From Candidatus Methanomethylicia archaeon (GTDB lineage Archaea > Thermoproteota > Methanomethylicia > Culexarchaeales > Culexarchaeaceae): a DNA stretch of 64,000 bases. The notes beneath the pieces were generated by a model that was not told where the DNA came from, did no database searches, and saw nothing but the letters and a program-made list of their open reading frames with translations. A program made the position numbers and the translations under genes. Positions 49,547 to 60,126 of this stretch are shown one piece after another (position 1 is the stretch's first letter; each line of letters begins with the position of its first letter). Location of the stretch: contig JAVYVS010000001.1 of NCBI GenBank assembly GCA_038727515.1, positions 160,001 to 224,000 on the forward strand, given 5' to 3'.

Positions 49547-50176
49547 ATGAAAATGGCGGGAAACGAGAAAGAAACCAGAGACAAAGAAATAGAAGAATTA
49601 AAGAAAACAGTGGAATCACTAAAGGAAGCCATAATGGACATTAGAACCACATTAAGCGAACTGGAAAACCCCTTCAACCTACTAAAATCCATAACTGATA
49701 TAGCCCCAAACATAATAAAACAGGGGGAAGAAACAAGCCAACCAAAACCAGAACCAAAAGAGAATGAAATAGAAGAGAAACCTGAAACCAAGAAGATAGA
49801 GGAAAAACCAATAGAAAAACCTGCACCACCACAACAGCCCCCAACACCAATGAGCACAACCTTCGGCTTCAACCTACTCAAATGGGCATGGATACTAATG
49901 GATGCGGGAATGAGCAAAGAAGACATCATGTCCATAACAAAATACTGTGAACTAGTGGGATACCTACCAAAAAACTCAAGCACACTAATAGAATACGCCC
50001 TAGACCCCATGTACAAAGCAAGACTTGGAGGATTAAACTATGATGAATTCACCCTAATAATATATAATGCAGCCAGAGCAGCAGGAGTAAACATTAGAAT
50101 AGAAAGCCTAGAGGAAATGGCCTTCAACCTACTAAGAAAAATACTCAAGAAGATAGAATATGAAGAGCATAGGTGA
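49547..50176 (+). CDS. Archaellum accessory protein, ArlC/D/E-like (soluble; coiled coil, low-complexity linker, helical C-domain)
   Basis: Coiled coil ending ENPF, Pro/Glu/Lys linker, LLKW..LM..G...I..Y...VGY; located between arlB and arlG; no TM helix. Confidence 0.6.
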   Translation: MKMAGNEKETRDKEIEELKKTVESLKEAIMDIRTTLSELENPFNLLKSITDIAPNIIKQGEETSQPKPEPKENEIEEKPETKKIEEKPIEKPAPPQQPPTPMSTTFGFNLLKWAWILMDAGMSKEDIMSITKYCELVGYLPKNSSTLIEYALDPMYKARLGGLNYDEFTLIIYNAARAAGVNIRIESLEEMAFNLLRKILKKIEYEEHR

Positions 50177-50664
50177 AATCCATGGGCTTTTCCACCACAT
50201 ACACTGAACTCATAATACTAATGGCATCCATAATACTAGCCACCACAGCCTCCACATACATCATATACATGTCAAACAACATCCAAACAAGCATAATGCA
50301 AATCACACAGGAAACAAGCAAATCACTAAACACGAGAATAGAAATAGTATACGCCACCATCATGAACGGCACAGAACAAGGATACAAAATCTATGCAAAA
50401 AACATAGGGCTAATAGCAATACACCAATACGAGGAAATAGACGTATACATAGGACCATATGGACAAGCAAAATACTATCGATACTCAAAAACCCCACAGG
50501 AAAACACCTTCACAATAATAGATGCAGATCAAGATGGAACATGGGAAATATGGGAAACCGCAGAAATAAAGGTATACACAACCCCCACAACCAATGGAAC
50601 AATAGAAGTAAGAATAAAACCATTAAATGGGCCCACAGCCACCTACATATTCACACCCCCATAA
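50173..50664 (+). CDS. arlG: Archaellum protein ArlG (FlaG)
   Basis: S....ELI...ASI.LA anchor, T.IEI, YAKNIG, WE..ET. Confidence 0.85.
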   Translation: MKSMGFSTTYTELIILMASIILATTASTYIIYMSNNIQTSIMQITQETSKSLNTRIEIVYATIMNGTEQGYKIYAKNIGLIAIHQYEEIDVYIGPYGQAKYYRYSKTPQENTFTIIDADQDGTWEIWETAEIKVYTTPTTNGTIEVRIKPLNGPTATYIFTPP

Positions 50665-50676
50665 GGGGGGAAATAA

Positions 50677-51177
50677 ATGGGGATATCAACACCCATAACC
50701 ACCATAATACTATCCACCATAATAATCCTCACCATAACCACCACCTATCACACCCTCCTCACACAATCCACCACCATCATACAAAACCAGTTAAACACCA
50801 ACATAGAAAATAGAAACACAATACTAACAATAGAAAACGTACAAATACAAGAGAGAAGCATAACCCTAAAACTTAGAAACATAGCTGGAAACCCCATAAT
50901 ATTTGGAGGAGAAACATACAAATGGTGCAGCTTCATAATCTCATACAAAAGCCAAAATGAATGGGTAACAACACTAATAGAAAACTACACCATAACGAAA
51001 ATAGAAATCACAGGAACCAGCATAACCACAACAAACACAACACTAAACCCCGGGCAAGAAGCCACCATCACCATCAACATACCCCCCACCAACCCACCAA
51101 TACCCCCAAACACCATAGTAAAAATAGTATTCACAACAAACAATGGGGTAAAAACAACCTATGTAGGGGCGAGGTAA
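50677..51177 (+). CDS. arlF: Archaellum protein ArlF (FlaF)
   Basis: MG.S TM anchor, L.N.G, LNPGQ, TNNG; position between arlG and arlH. Confidence 0.82.
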   Translation: MGISTPITTIILSTIIILTITTTYHTLLTQSTTIIQNQLNTNIENRNTILTIENVQIQERSITLKLRNIAGNPIIFGGETYKWCSFIISYKSQNEWVTTLIENYTITKIEITGTSITTTNTTLNPGQEATITINIPPTNPPIPPNTIVKIVFTTNNGVKTTYVGAR

Positions 51178-51888
51178 ATGGCCACCACAAAACTAATCCC
51201 CCTCACCATACCAGAACTAAACAAAGCCTTTGGAGGTGGAATACCAATCCCCAGCCTAATATCCATAGAAGGAGACCATGGAAGCGGAAAAACAGTAATC
51301 TCACAACACATACTCTACAGCATGGTGAAAAACGGGATAGAAGCCATAGTAATAACAACAGAAACCACAACAAAGGAATATGTAAAAATGATGCAAACAA
51401 TAAAACTAGATGTAACCAGGGAATACATAAAAGGCAAACTAAAAGTATACTCACTACACATAAGAGAAGGAGCCTGGAGCAAAGAACTAGCACCATACTT
51501 CCTACAAGCCCTAACAAGATTCCTAGAATCAAAAAACACATATGACAAATGCATACTAATAGACGACCTAAGCAACCTAGCACTAAACGTAGACAACATA
51601 AAACTATTAACCTTCATCACAAGAATAAGAAACCTAATCACCACAGGAAAAACCGTAATACTCACCTTCCACCCAAACTTCATAGACCAAGAAATAACAA
51701 GAGTAGTAAAAGCATCCAGCGAAATATACCTAACACTAGAAAGCAAAGTAGTAGGAGGACTCTCCATAAAAACCCTAAAAATAATAAAACTGTGGGGAAG
51801 CAAAGGGGAAAGAACACCCATAATAAACCTAGAAATAAACCCCACACTGGGATTAAGAGTCCTACCCATAGGAGAAGTATCCATATGA
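51178..51888 (+). CDS. arlH: Archaellum ATP-binding protein ArlH (FlaH)
   Basis: EL...GGGIP, GDHGSGKT, IDDLS, TFHP. Confidence 0.93.
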   Translation: MATTKLIPLTIPELNKAFGGGIPIPSLISIEGDHGSGKTVISQHILYSMVKNGIEAIVITTETTTKEYVKMMQTIKLDVTREYIKGKLKVYSLHIREGAWSKELAPYFLQALTRFLESKNTYDKCILIDDLSNLALNVDNIKLLTFITRIRNLITTGKTVILTFHPNFIDQEITRVVKASSEIYLTLESKVVGGLSIKTLKIIKLWGSKGERTPIINLEINPTLGLRVLPIGEVSI

Positions 51889-53537
51889 AGATAACCCAAA
51901 TCATAAAAACCACAAGAAAAAGAGAACAAGAGAAAAACATAGAAGTAAAAACACCATTAGACACGAAAATACCAGAAAAAATGGAAGACGCCATAAGAGA
52001 AAACCCACACCTAGAAGAATACCTAAAAAAACTAGGATCAAAACCAATCTACACACTAAAAATAGACCCCATAAAAACCATGGATAAAGAGATAATAATA
52101 CCACTACCACAAAGAATATTCATACACATAAACCCAGAGAAAAGAACCTACAAAATAATAGAACCAGAAAAACCATCACCAGAAATCATGGAGAAAATAG
52201 AGACAGCACTAGCCAGGATAATAGCGGAAAAAGACATACAAGTAACCACAGAAAACAAGATAAAAATAATAATGGAACTCCTCCCACAAGCCATAAGAAA
52301 AGCAAAAATAAAGGTAGACAAGAGAAGAGAAGAAGAACTATTATACCACATGCTAAGAGAAAAAGTTGGATACGGATTCCTAGACCCCTTCCTACTAGAC
52401 GAAAACCTAGAAGATATAAGCATACCAGGAGCAGGAAACATCTTCGTATACCATAGAGCATATGGATACCTAGAATCAAACATACACGTAGAAAAAAGCG
52501 AGATAGATAGAGTACTAAGAAGCATGGCTGAAAGACATGGAAAAATAATAAGCCACGTAAACCCAATACTAGACATACACCTACCAGATGGAAGCCGACT
52601 AAACATAGTATTCGGAGAAGACATAAGCCTACATGGAAGCAACTTCACCATAAGAAAATTCGCAAAAGAACCACTATCCATCGCACAACTAGTAAGGGGA
52701 AACACACTCACAGCAGAAATGGCAGCATACATGTGGATGCTAATAGAAGTCGGAGTATCCATGTTCATATGCGGAGAAACAGCCTCTGGAAAAACCACAA
52801 CCCTAAACGCACTACTATCCTTCATACCCTACTACAACAAAGTGGTAAGCATAGAAGAAACACCAGAAGTAAGACTACCACACAAAAACTGGGTTAGAGA
52901 AGTAACGAGACTACACACTGGAAGCCCAGTAACCATGTTCGACCTAGTAAAAGCAGCCCTAAGACAGAGACCAGACTACATAATAGTAGGAGAAATAAGA
53001 GGAGAAGAAGGGAGAATAGCCTTCCAAGCCATAAACACCGGACACCCCGTAGTCTCCACATTCCACGCAGGAACACTAACACAACTATTCCAAAGATTAA
53101 CCTCAGACCCAATAAACGTACCAAAATCACAAATAGACGGATTAAACATAACCATATTCCAAGCAAGAATAGAGAGAAATGGGAAATTCATAAGGAGAGT
53201 AACCACAGTAAACGAAATACTGGGATACAATGTAAAAACCGGAAACCTCATGTACATCCCCACATACATATACGACCCAGACGCAGACAAGCTAAGCAGC
53301 ACCGGAATAAGCTACCTACTAGAATCAAAAGTTCTACCAGCAAGAGGATGGAGCAGAGAACAACTACCAAAACTATACGAAGAACTATCAAAAAGAGCAG
53401 AAATAATAAGATGGCACAGCCAAAATGCGCCAAGATACCTAGACCTCTGGAAAACTGTAATCGAAGTAAACACCCTAGGCGTAGACCAAGTATATGAGAG
53501 AATCATGAGAGGCGAAAAACCATGGAGAGAAGACTAA
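51885..53537 (+). CDS. arlI: Archaellum motor ATPase ArlI (FlaI)
   Basis: G.G.LDPFL.D..LEDIS, FTIRKF, GETASGKTT, ALRQRPD.IIVGEIRG, TGH....TFHA; start at ATG 51885. Confidence 0.95.
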   Translation: MKITQIIKTTRKREQEKNIEVKTPLDTKIPEKMEDAIRENPHLEEYLKKLGSKPIYTLKIDPIKTMDKEIIIPLPQRIFIHINPEKRTYKIIEPEKPSPEIMEKIETALARIIAEKDIQVTTENKIKIIMELLPQAIRKAKIKVDKRREEELLYHMLREKVGYGFLDPFLLDENLEDISIPGAGNIFVYHRAYGYLESNIHVEKSEIDRVLRSMAERHGKIISHVNPILDIHLPDGSRLNIVFGEDISLHGSNFTIRKFAKEPLSIAQLVRGNTLTAEMAAYMWMLIEVGVSMFICGETASGKTTTLNALLSFIPYYNKVVSIEETPEVRLPHKNWVREVTRLHTGSPVTMFDLVKAALRQRPDYIIVGEIRGEEGRIAFQAINTGHPVVSTFHAGTLTQLFQRLTSDPINVPKSQIDGLNITIFQARIERNGKFIRRVTTVNEILGYNVKTGNLMYIPTYIYDPDADKLSSTGISYLLESKVLPARGWSREQLPKLYEELSKRAEIIRWHSQNAPRYLDLWKTVIEVNTLGVDQVYERIMRGEKPWRED

Positions 53538-55072
53538 CCACAATCATACTAATAGCATCAATAACCCCAATCATAATACTAATACACTATGGAAACCAGC
53601 TACTCACAGTAATCTACACAATCATACCAGCATCTATAGCAACCATAACAATAATAAACAGAATGAGTAAAAACATTGGGAAAATGGATATAAAACTTGC
53701 ACTAGCCATCACACACATGTACACACTATCACTAGGACAAACAGAACCAAGAACACTAATAGAATGCATATCACAATCAGATGAATACAAGGAGTATAGG
53801 AAAATCTTCAACACCATACTAAACCTAGCAATAAACCTAGCACAAGGATTAACAAAAGCCATCTCACAAGTAGCAGAAATGGTGAAACCACCATTAAAGG
53901 ATATATTGATAAGAATGGTGGAAGCCTTCTCCACCACAAAACCAAGAGACTACCTAGAACTGGAACACTCAACCATCATGGAAGAATACATGAGCTACCT
54001 AAACAGGACAATAGAAACCATAAGGCTACTTGGAGGAGTATATGGAACCTTCCAAAGCGTAGCCATCCTAATAATCTTAGTAACCATAACCATGAGCATA
54101 TTCCTCATAGACCCACAAACCATAATCCTCTCCTACATAGTATCAGCAACATCCACAATAGTAATACTACTAGCAATAAAACTAGTAACGCCAAGGGACA
54201 TCATGGTATACGCAGGAAAAGACTCCCCACCACACCAAACAGTTAGATATGCAGCCATAATACTAATTCCAACATCAATAATAATATTCATCACAATACA
54301 ATTAACAATAAAAATATCGGCAATAGCCTTCATATCAAGTGGATTAACCATCGCCATAACCGGATACATAGCTAGAAAACTAGAAAAGAAAGTGGCAAAA
54401 TACGATGAATACTATCCCACACTAATAAAAACAATAGGGGAAAACCTCTCAACAACACTAAACCCAAAAAGCGCATTAATATACTCAACACACGTACACC
54501 TAGGCCCACTAAAGAAACACGTTGAACACACCATAAGCTGGATAAACCTAGGATTAGACATAGAAAAATCCTTTAAACTCATGGCAGAAGAAACAGCCTC
54601 CCACACCATAAGAATAATGAATAAAATGCTCATAGACAGCATAAGAGTAGGAGCACCACCAATACAAGTAACAAAAACCATAGCAGACACAACCATAAAA
54701 ATCCTAGAAACAAGAAAGAGGAGAATAGCGACAGCAAGAGGAATGGAAGCCATAATACTAATGATGCACCCCATAACCATCCTAATACTAGCATCCATAA
54801 CCAACATACTAGATAAATTCACAAGACTAATCCCACCCACACAATACATAACACTAAACCCAATACCCACAAACATGATCAACCTTGGAAACATCATACT
54901 AATCTACACACTATCCATAATCAACGCTGCAACCATGACCATAGTTAGAGGAGGCTACCAATGGAGGATAACCCTAAACATAGCCATACTACTAATAATA
55001 AGCGGAATAATGCTCATAGCCTCAGACATAATCACCAACCGCCTACTACCCCCAATAACAATACCAATCTAA
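53522..55072 (+). CDS. arlJ: Archaellum membrane platform protein ArlJ (FlaJ)
   Basis: Multi-TM with two T2SSF-like cytoplasmic domains; follows arlI. Confidence 0.88.
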   Translation: MERRLTTIILIASITPIIILIHYGNQLLTVIYTIIPASIATITIINRMSKNIGKMDIKLALAITHMYTLSLGQTEPRTLIECISQSDEYKEYRKIFNTILNLAINLAQGLTKAISQVAEMVKPPLKDILIRMVEAFSTTKPRDYLELEHSTIMEEYMSYLNRTIETIRLLGGVYGTFQSVAILIILVTITMSIFLIDPQTIILSYIVSATSTIVILLAIKLVTPRDIMVYAGKDSPPHQTVRYAAIILIPTSIIIFITIQLTIKISAIAFISSGLTIAITGYIARKLEKKVAKYDEYYPTLIKTIGENLSTTLNPKSALIYSTHVHLGPLKKHVEHTISWINLGLDIEKSFKLMAEETASHTIRIMNKMLIDSIRVGAPPIQVTKTIADTTIKILETRKRRIATARGMEAIILMMHPITILILASITNILDKFTRLIPPTQYITLNPIPTNMINLGNIILIYTLSIINAATMTIVRGGYQWRITLNIAILLIISGIMLIASDIITNRLLPPITIPI

Positions 55073-55151
55073 AGGTGATGAAAAATGTTAAAAATAAAAC
55101 TAGACATAAATATTAAAGAACGTTAAAACGAGTTGCCTCCATAAACAACAT

Positions 55152-55475
55152 ATGGGGGCATTCAACATGTCCACAGACAGAATAAAAAACTTCATGAAAA
55201 GAAGAGACAGAATAACAATATACATAAGCATCCTAGAATCAATAATGGAATGCTCCTCAAAAAACGCAACTGGATACGCAAAATTCACACATGTAATGTA
55301 TAGATCAAACCTATCCTCACAAAGACTAAAAGAAAGACTACAAGAACTCTCATACCTAGACCTAATAACATGGGACAACCTAGGAATAAAACTAACACAC
55401 AAAGGAAAAAACTTCCTAGAAGAATACAAAAACCTAATGATAAAAATAGAGAAATACATAAAAATGAGAGATTAA
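55152..55475 (+). CDS. Winged-helix DNA-binding protein
   Basis: RRDR..IY..IL, T.VMY.SNLS...L...L..L, LT.KG..FL. Confidence 0.88.
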   Translation: MGAFNMSTDRIKNFMKRRDRITIYISILESIMECSSKNATGYAKFTHVMYRSNLSSQRLKERLQELSYLDLITWDNLGIKLTHKGKNFLEEYKNLMIKIEKYIKMRD

Positions 55476-55597
55476 ATCAAACAACCACAACCCCCAAATC
55501 ATATACACAATTAAACACTGAAAAACAAGTTAACCCCACAAAACACACCTAAAATTACACCACAAGAAATATATGTATTGAAAGAGATAGCAAAACC

Positions 55598-56299
55598 ATG
55601 AAATACATGAATAAGAAAATAACGGTTCTATCCATATTCATAATAATATTTCTAACGGCGACAACAGCAAACACATGGACAAAACCAAGCGAACAACTAT
55701 TAGTGATTGAATGGTCCCTGGAAAAAACAGGTCAAACCACGGGCAATAGCATACCCCCAGAAGACAATTCCATGACCAACACAAACTATAAACTATTAAA
55801 CTTCTACTGGCATACAACACCAATAAAATACTATGTAAACCCCTCAAACAAATATGGCTTCACAGCCAACCAAGTTGTAAACATAATCATAGCAGCAGCC
55901 AACACCTGGGACAACCAAACCAGTACAACACTCTTCCAATACATGGGCACAACAACAAAAACTGCTGGGAAGAGGGATGGAATCAACGTAATCTCATGGG
56001 GAGCATACAAAACCGGCGTAATAGCAGTCACATACATATGGTATATTGGAGACACCATAATTGAAACAGACACCAAACTAAACACCTACTATAAATGGAG
56101 TTTAAACGGTGAACCTGGAAAAATGGATCTACAAAACATAATGACACACGAATTCGGACACTGGTGTGGACTAGACGACCTATACACAGACCAAGACTAC
56201 TGGTTAACCATGTATGGATACACAGCCCCAGGCGAAACCTATAAACGCAGCCTTGGACTAGGAGACATACTAGGACTACAGGAAAGGTATGGACCTTGA
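55598..56299 (+). CDS. Secreted matrixin-like zinc metalloprotease
   Basis: Signal peptide, DG.N.I.W, HEFGHWCGLDD, Met-turn TMYG. Confidence 0.9.
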   Translation: MKYMNKKITVLSIFIIIFLTATTANTWTKPSEQLLVIEWSLEKTGQTTGNSIPPEDNSMTNTNYKLLNFYWHTTPIKYYVNPSNKYGFTANQVVNIIIAAANTWDNQTSTTLFQYMGTTTKTAGKRDGINVISWGAYKTGVIAVTYIWYIGDTIIETDTKLNTYYKWSLNGEPGKMDLQNIMTHEFGHWCGLDDLYTDQDYWLTMYGYTAPGETYKRSLGLGDILGLQERYGP

Positions 56300-56436
56300 A
56301 AAACAAATTTAAATGCCCAATATGCGGAGAAAACTTCAACCAAATAGGGGAACTAGACAAACACCTCCAAGAAAAACATAAAAGAAGGGTTAAACTGAAA
56401 AAGATGGAACACCCAGAGAAAACCATGAAAACATAA
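56296..56436 (+). CDS. 46-aa C2H2 zinc-finger microprotein
   Basis: TTG start overlapping the protease TGA; MKNKFKCPICGENFNQIGELDKHLQEKH...; not in the ORF track. Confidence 0.75.
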   Translation: MKNKFKCPICGENFNQIGELDKHLQEKHKRRVKLKKMEHPEKTMKT

Positions 56437-56476
56437 ACCAATATATACCTTAATAAACATAATGTTTTAACGGTGA

Positions 56477-57409
56477 ATGAAAACGACCCTACACTTCATA
56501 GATCCAAACAAAATCCACTATAAATGGGATAACAGCCTTAAACCAGCCCTAAAAATAAAACCCGGCGACAGAGTAGTATTCGAACTCAGAGACGTCTCAG
56601 ACAATCAGATAACACCAAACTCCACAGTAGAAGACCTAATCAAACTAGATTGGAATAGGGTATACCCACTCTCAGGACCCATATACATAGAAGGAGCAGA
56701 ACCAGGAGACGCACTAATAGTAAACGTTATAGACATTAAATGTAAAGGTTGGGGCTGGAGCGCCATAATCCCAGGATACGGCCTACTAGAAGAATTCGAT
56801 AAACCATACCTATACATCTGGGATCTAAGCGAAGGAACCTACACCACACTAAACAATAAAGCCTACATACCCCTAAACCCCTTCCCAGGAGTAATGGGAG
56901 TAGCACCAGCAAAACCAGGCCAACACCCAATCATGCCACCAGGACCCCACGGAGGAAACATGGACATAAGAAACCTAACCATAGGCTCCACACTAAAACT
57001 CCCAGTACAAGTGGAGGGAGCACTATTCTCCTGTGGAGACGGCCACGCAGCACAAGGAGATGGAGAAGTATGCGTAACAGCCATAGAAGCACCACTATAC
57101 CTAGTCCTAGAATTCAACCTAGAGAAAAACGCTGAACTAGAATACCCCCAAATAACCACATACATAGAACCAGAATTAGAAGCAGGAGAATACCATGTAA
57201 CCATGGGAATAAGCCCAAACCTAATGGAAGCAGCAAAAACCGCTGTTAGACAAATGATCAAACACCTAACCAGAAAATATGGATTCACAAGAGAAGAAGC
57301 CTACATACTAACAAGCATAACATGCCACCTAAAAATAAGTGAAATAGTGGATAAACCAAACTGGATAGTCACATGCCACCTACCACTACAAATACTCATA
57401 GAAACATAA
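56477..57409 (+). CDS. Acetamidase/formamidase family protein
   Basis: GPIY.EGAEPGD.L, PFPG.MG, HGGNMD, GD.HAAQGDGEV...A.E. Confidence 0.95.
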   Translation: MKTTLHFIDPNKIHYKWDNSLKPALKIKPGDRVVFELRDVSDNQITPNSTVEDLIKLDWNRVYPLSGPIYIEGAEPGDALIVNVIDIKCKGWGWSAIIPGYGLLEEFDKPYLYIWDLSEGTYTTLNNKAYIPLNPFPGVMGVAPAKPGQHPIMPPGPHGGNMDIRNLTIGSTLKLPVQVEGALFSCGDGHAAQGDGEVCVTAIEAPLYLVLEFNLEKNAELEYPQITTYIEPELEAGEYHVTMGISPNLMEAAKTAVRQMIKHLTRKYGFTREEAYILTSITCHLKISEIVDKPNWIVTCHLPLQILIET

Positions 57410-57448
57410 ATAACAATGGGTAAACATAAACTATAATGGTGAACCCCA

Positions 57449-58129
57449 ATGGAAATATTAAAGGGGGAATTAACAGAGAAAGAAATAAAAATCCTATACC
57501 TAGGATACTCAGCAATAATACTTAGAACTAGAAATCACACATTAATCTTCGACCCAGCAAACCTAATTGGGAAAAGAGAAATAGAAGAATTAAAAAATGC
57601 AAGAAACCTAATAACACTATACACCCACGACCACTACGACCATTACGATGAAAAAACACTAAAAGAAATATACAATCAAACACAATGCCCAATAATAATT
57701 GAACCAGCAATGACCATGAAAACAAGCATGATAATACCAAGAGAAAAAATATATCCAGCACAACCAGGAAAAACCATAGAAATCTACGGAGCAAAAATAA
57801 ATGGAATTAAAGGTCTACATAGAGGACCAATAACACTATACCACATAGAAGTAGACAACCTAAAAATATTCCATGGAGGAGACTCAGCATACGTAAAACT
57901 AGAAGGATACAAAGCAGACATAGCCATAACACCCACAGGAGACCCCTCACCCACAGCAAACCCAAAAGACGCATACAACATGATAAAAGACCTAAAACCA
58001 AAAATAGCAATACCCATACATGGATCAACAACACAACACAATGAATTCAAAAAACTAGTGGAAAAGGACATGCCAGAAATAAAAGTGGAATTAATAGAGA
58101 AGGGGAAAACATACACCATAAAAACATAA
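57449..58129 (+). CDS. MBL-fold hydrolase (UlaG/UPF0173-like)
   Basis: THDHYDH, FHGGD, IPIH. Confidence 0.88.
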   Translation: MEILKGELTEKEIKILYLGYSAIILRTRNHTLIFDPANLIGKREIEELKNARNLITLYTHDHYDHYDEKTLKEIYNQTQCPIIIEPAMTMKTSMIIPREKIYPAQPGKTIEIYGAKINGIKGLHRGPITLYHIEVDNLKIFHGGDSAYVKLEGYKADIAITPTGDPSPTANPKDAYNMIKDLKPKIAIPIHGSTTQHNEFKKLVEKDMPEIKVELIEKGKTYTIKT

Positions 58130-58144
58130 TGAAGGGGGATAAAC

Positions 58145-58480
58145 ATGCAGAAACCAACAATAACCATAGAAGAATTCAATAAACTAGACATAAGAGTATG
58201 TAGAGTAATAGAAGCAGAAAGAATACCTGGAAAACAAAAACTACTAAAACTATTGGTAGACCTAGGACCACTAGGAACAAGAACAATAATAGCTGGAGGA
58301 GGAGAACACTACAACCCAGAAGACTACAAGGGAAAACTATTCATAGCCATAATAAATCTACAACCAAAAACCATAGCTGGAATAAAAAGCGAAGGAATGC
58401 TACTAGCAGCAGACCAAAATGGAAAACCAATATGGCTAACAACCATAAGTGAAACACCACCAGGAACCATAATAAGATAA
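58145..58480 (+). CDS. Stand-alone tRNA-binding OB-fold protein (Trbp111/CsaA-like)
   Basis: F.KLDIRV, KLL.L.VDLG, NL.P....G..SEGMLLAA. Confidence 0.92.
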   Translation: MQKPTITIEEFNKLDIRVCRVIEAERIPGKQKLLKLLVDLGPLGTRTIIAGGGEHYNPEDYKGKLFIAIINLQPKTIAGIKSEGMLLAADQNGKPIWLTTISETPPGTIIR

Positions 58481-58497
58481 ACTAAGAGGGAAACCAT

Positions 58498-59361
58498 ATG
58501 GAGATAAAAACCATTGGAGTAATCGGAGCAGGAACCATGGGAAGAGGAATAGCACAAATCTTCGCAGAAAACAAATTCCAAGTATTAATATACGATGTAA
58601 ACCCACAAGCATGCATAGAAGCCATAAACACCATTAAAAAACTATTGGATAGAGCAATAGAGAAAAAGGCTAAAACACCAATAGAAGCAGAAGAAACACT
58701 GAAGAGAATAAGGATATGCAATGAAATAAGAGAAGTAGCGGAAAACTCAGATCTAATAATAGAAGCAGTATACGAAGACATAAACGTGAAAAAAGAAGTT
58801 TTCAGAGAAATAGATAAATACGCAAAACCCAACGCCATAATAGCCTCCAACACATCATCCCTAAGCATAACAGAAATAGCCAACACCACAAAAAACCCAG
58901 CCAGAATACTTGGAATACACTTCTTCAACCCACCACAAATAATGAAGCTAGTGGAAATAGTAAAGGGAGAGAAAACATCCAATGAAACCATTGAAAAAGC
59001 CAAGAAGATAATTGAAGGCATAGGGAAAATACCAGTAGAAGTAATAGATTCACCAGGATTCATAGTAAACAGACTCCTAATACCATTCATAAATGAAGCA
59101 ATAGAACTAGTAGCACAAGGAATAGCAACACCCCACAACATAGATACAGCATGCAAACTAGGATTAAACCACCCCATGGGACCACTAGAACTAGCAGACT
59201 TCATAGGATTAGACATAGTACTAGCCATAATGGAAACCCTACACAATGAAACCAGAGACCCCAAATACCGACCAAGCCCACTACTAAAAAGAATGGTGAG
59301 AGCAGGATTACTCGGCAGAAAAACTGGAAAAGGATTCTATGATTACGGTGAGAAAAAATGA
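58498..59361 (+). CDS. hbd: 3-hydroxybutyryl/3-hydroxyacyl-CoA dehydrogenase
   Basis: GAGTMG.GIA, IEAV.E, SNTSS, HFFNP, PGFIVNR, PMGP, G.KTG.GFY. Confidence 0.95.
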   Translation: MEIKTIGVIGAGTMGRGIAQIFAENKFQVLIYDVNPQACIEAINTIKKLLDRAIEKKAKTPIEAEETLKRIRICNEIREVAENSDLIIEAVYEDINVKKEVFREIDKYAKPNAIIASNTSSLSITEIANTTKNPARILGIHFFNPPQIMKLVEIVKGEKTSNETIEKAKKIIEGIGKIPVEVIDSPGFIVNRLLIPFINEAIELVAQGIATPHNIDTACKLGLNHPMGPLELADFIGLDIVLAIMETLHNETRDPKYRPSPLLKRMVRAGLLGRKTGKGFYDYGEKK

Positions 59362-60125
59362 AGACAACCATCACCAAACAAGAGGGAATAACAAGAATAA
59401 AACTATCCAATCCACCATTAAACCTAATAGACAATGAAACACTAAATGAACTAGAACAACACATAAAAAAGATTGAAGAAGACAATGAAACAAGAATAGT
59501 AATAATCGAGGGAGAAGGAAAAACCTTCTCAGCAGGAGCAGACATAAAAACATTCATGGAAGCAAACCCAGAAAAAGCCTATGAAATCTCCATAAAAGGA
59601 CAAAGGATAATGGAAGCCATAAGAAAATCAGGAAAAATATACATCGCCAAAGTACATGGATACGCCCTAGGAGGAGGATTAGAACTAGCATTAGCATGCC
59701 ACATAACCATAACATCAAAAACAGCGAAACTAGGATTACCAGAAACAACACTGGGATTAATACCAGGATGGACGGGAACACAAATCCTACCAAAACTAAT
59801 AGGAGAGAAAAAAGCCATAGAACTAATATTAACGGGAAACCAAATCACAGGAGAAGAAGCTGAAAAAATCGGATTAATAAACATAGCAGTAGAAGAAGAA
59901 AAACTAGAAGAGAAAACCATGGAAATAGCAAAAAGAATAATGGGAAATGCACCCATAGCAATCCAAAAAGCAAAAAAACTAGTAATAGAAGCAGAAGAAA
60001 AGAAATTAGAGGAAGGATTAAAAAGAGAAGCAGAAGAATTCAAGAAAATATTTGAAACAGAAGATTTAAGAGAAGGCTTAAAAGCCTTCAAAGAAAAGAG
60101 GAAACCAATATACAAAGGAAGATAA
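59358..60125 (+). CDS. crt: Enoyl-CoA hydratase (crotonase)
   Basis: [33 protein letters not shown]. Confidence 0.93.
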   Translation: MKTTITKQEGITRIKLSNPPLNLIDNETLNELEQHIKKIEEDNETRIVIIEGEGKTFSAGADIKTFMEANPEKAYEISIKGQRIMEAIRKSGKIYIAKVHGYALGGGLELALACHITITSKTAKLGLPETTLGLIPGWTGTQILPKLIGEKKAIELILTGNQITGEEAEKIGLINIAVEEEKLEEKTMEIAKRIMGNAPIAIQKAKKLVIEAEEKKLEEGLKREAEEFKKIFETEDLREGLKAFKEKRKPIYKGR

Positions 60126-60126
60126 A

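Noticed and set aside
51549-51884. Long N-terminal extension of ArlI in the ORF track
   Set aside because: Overlaps arlH in another frame; low-complexity product of A/C skew. ATG 51885 overlapping the arlH stop is the plausible start.
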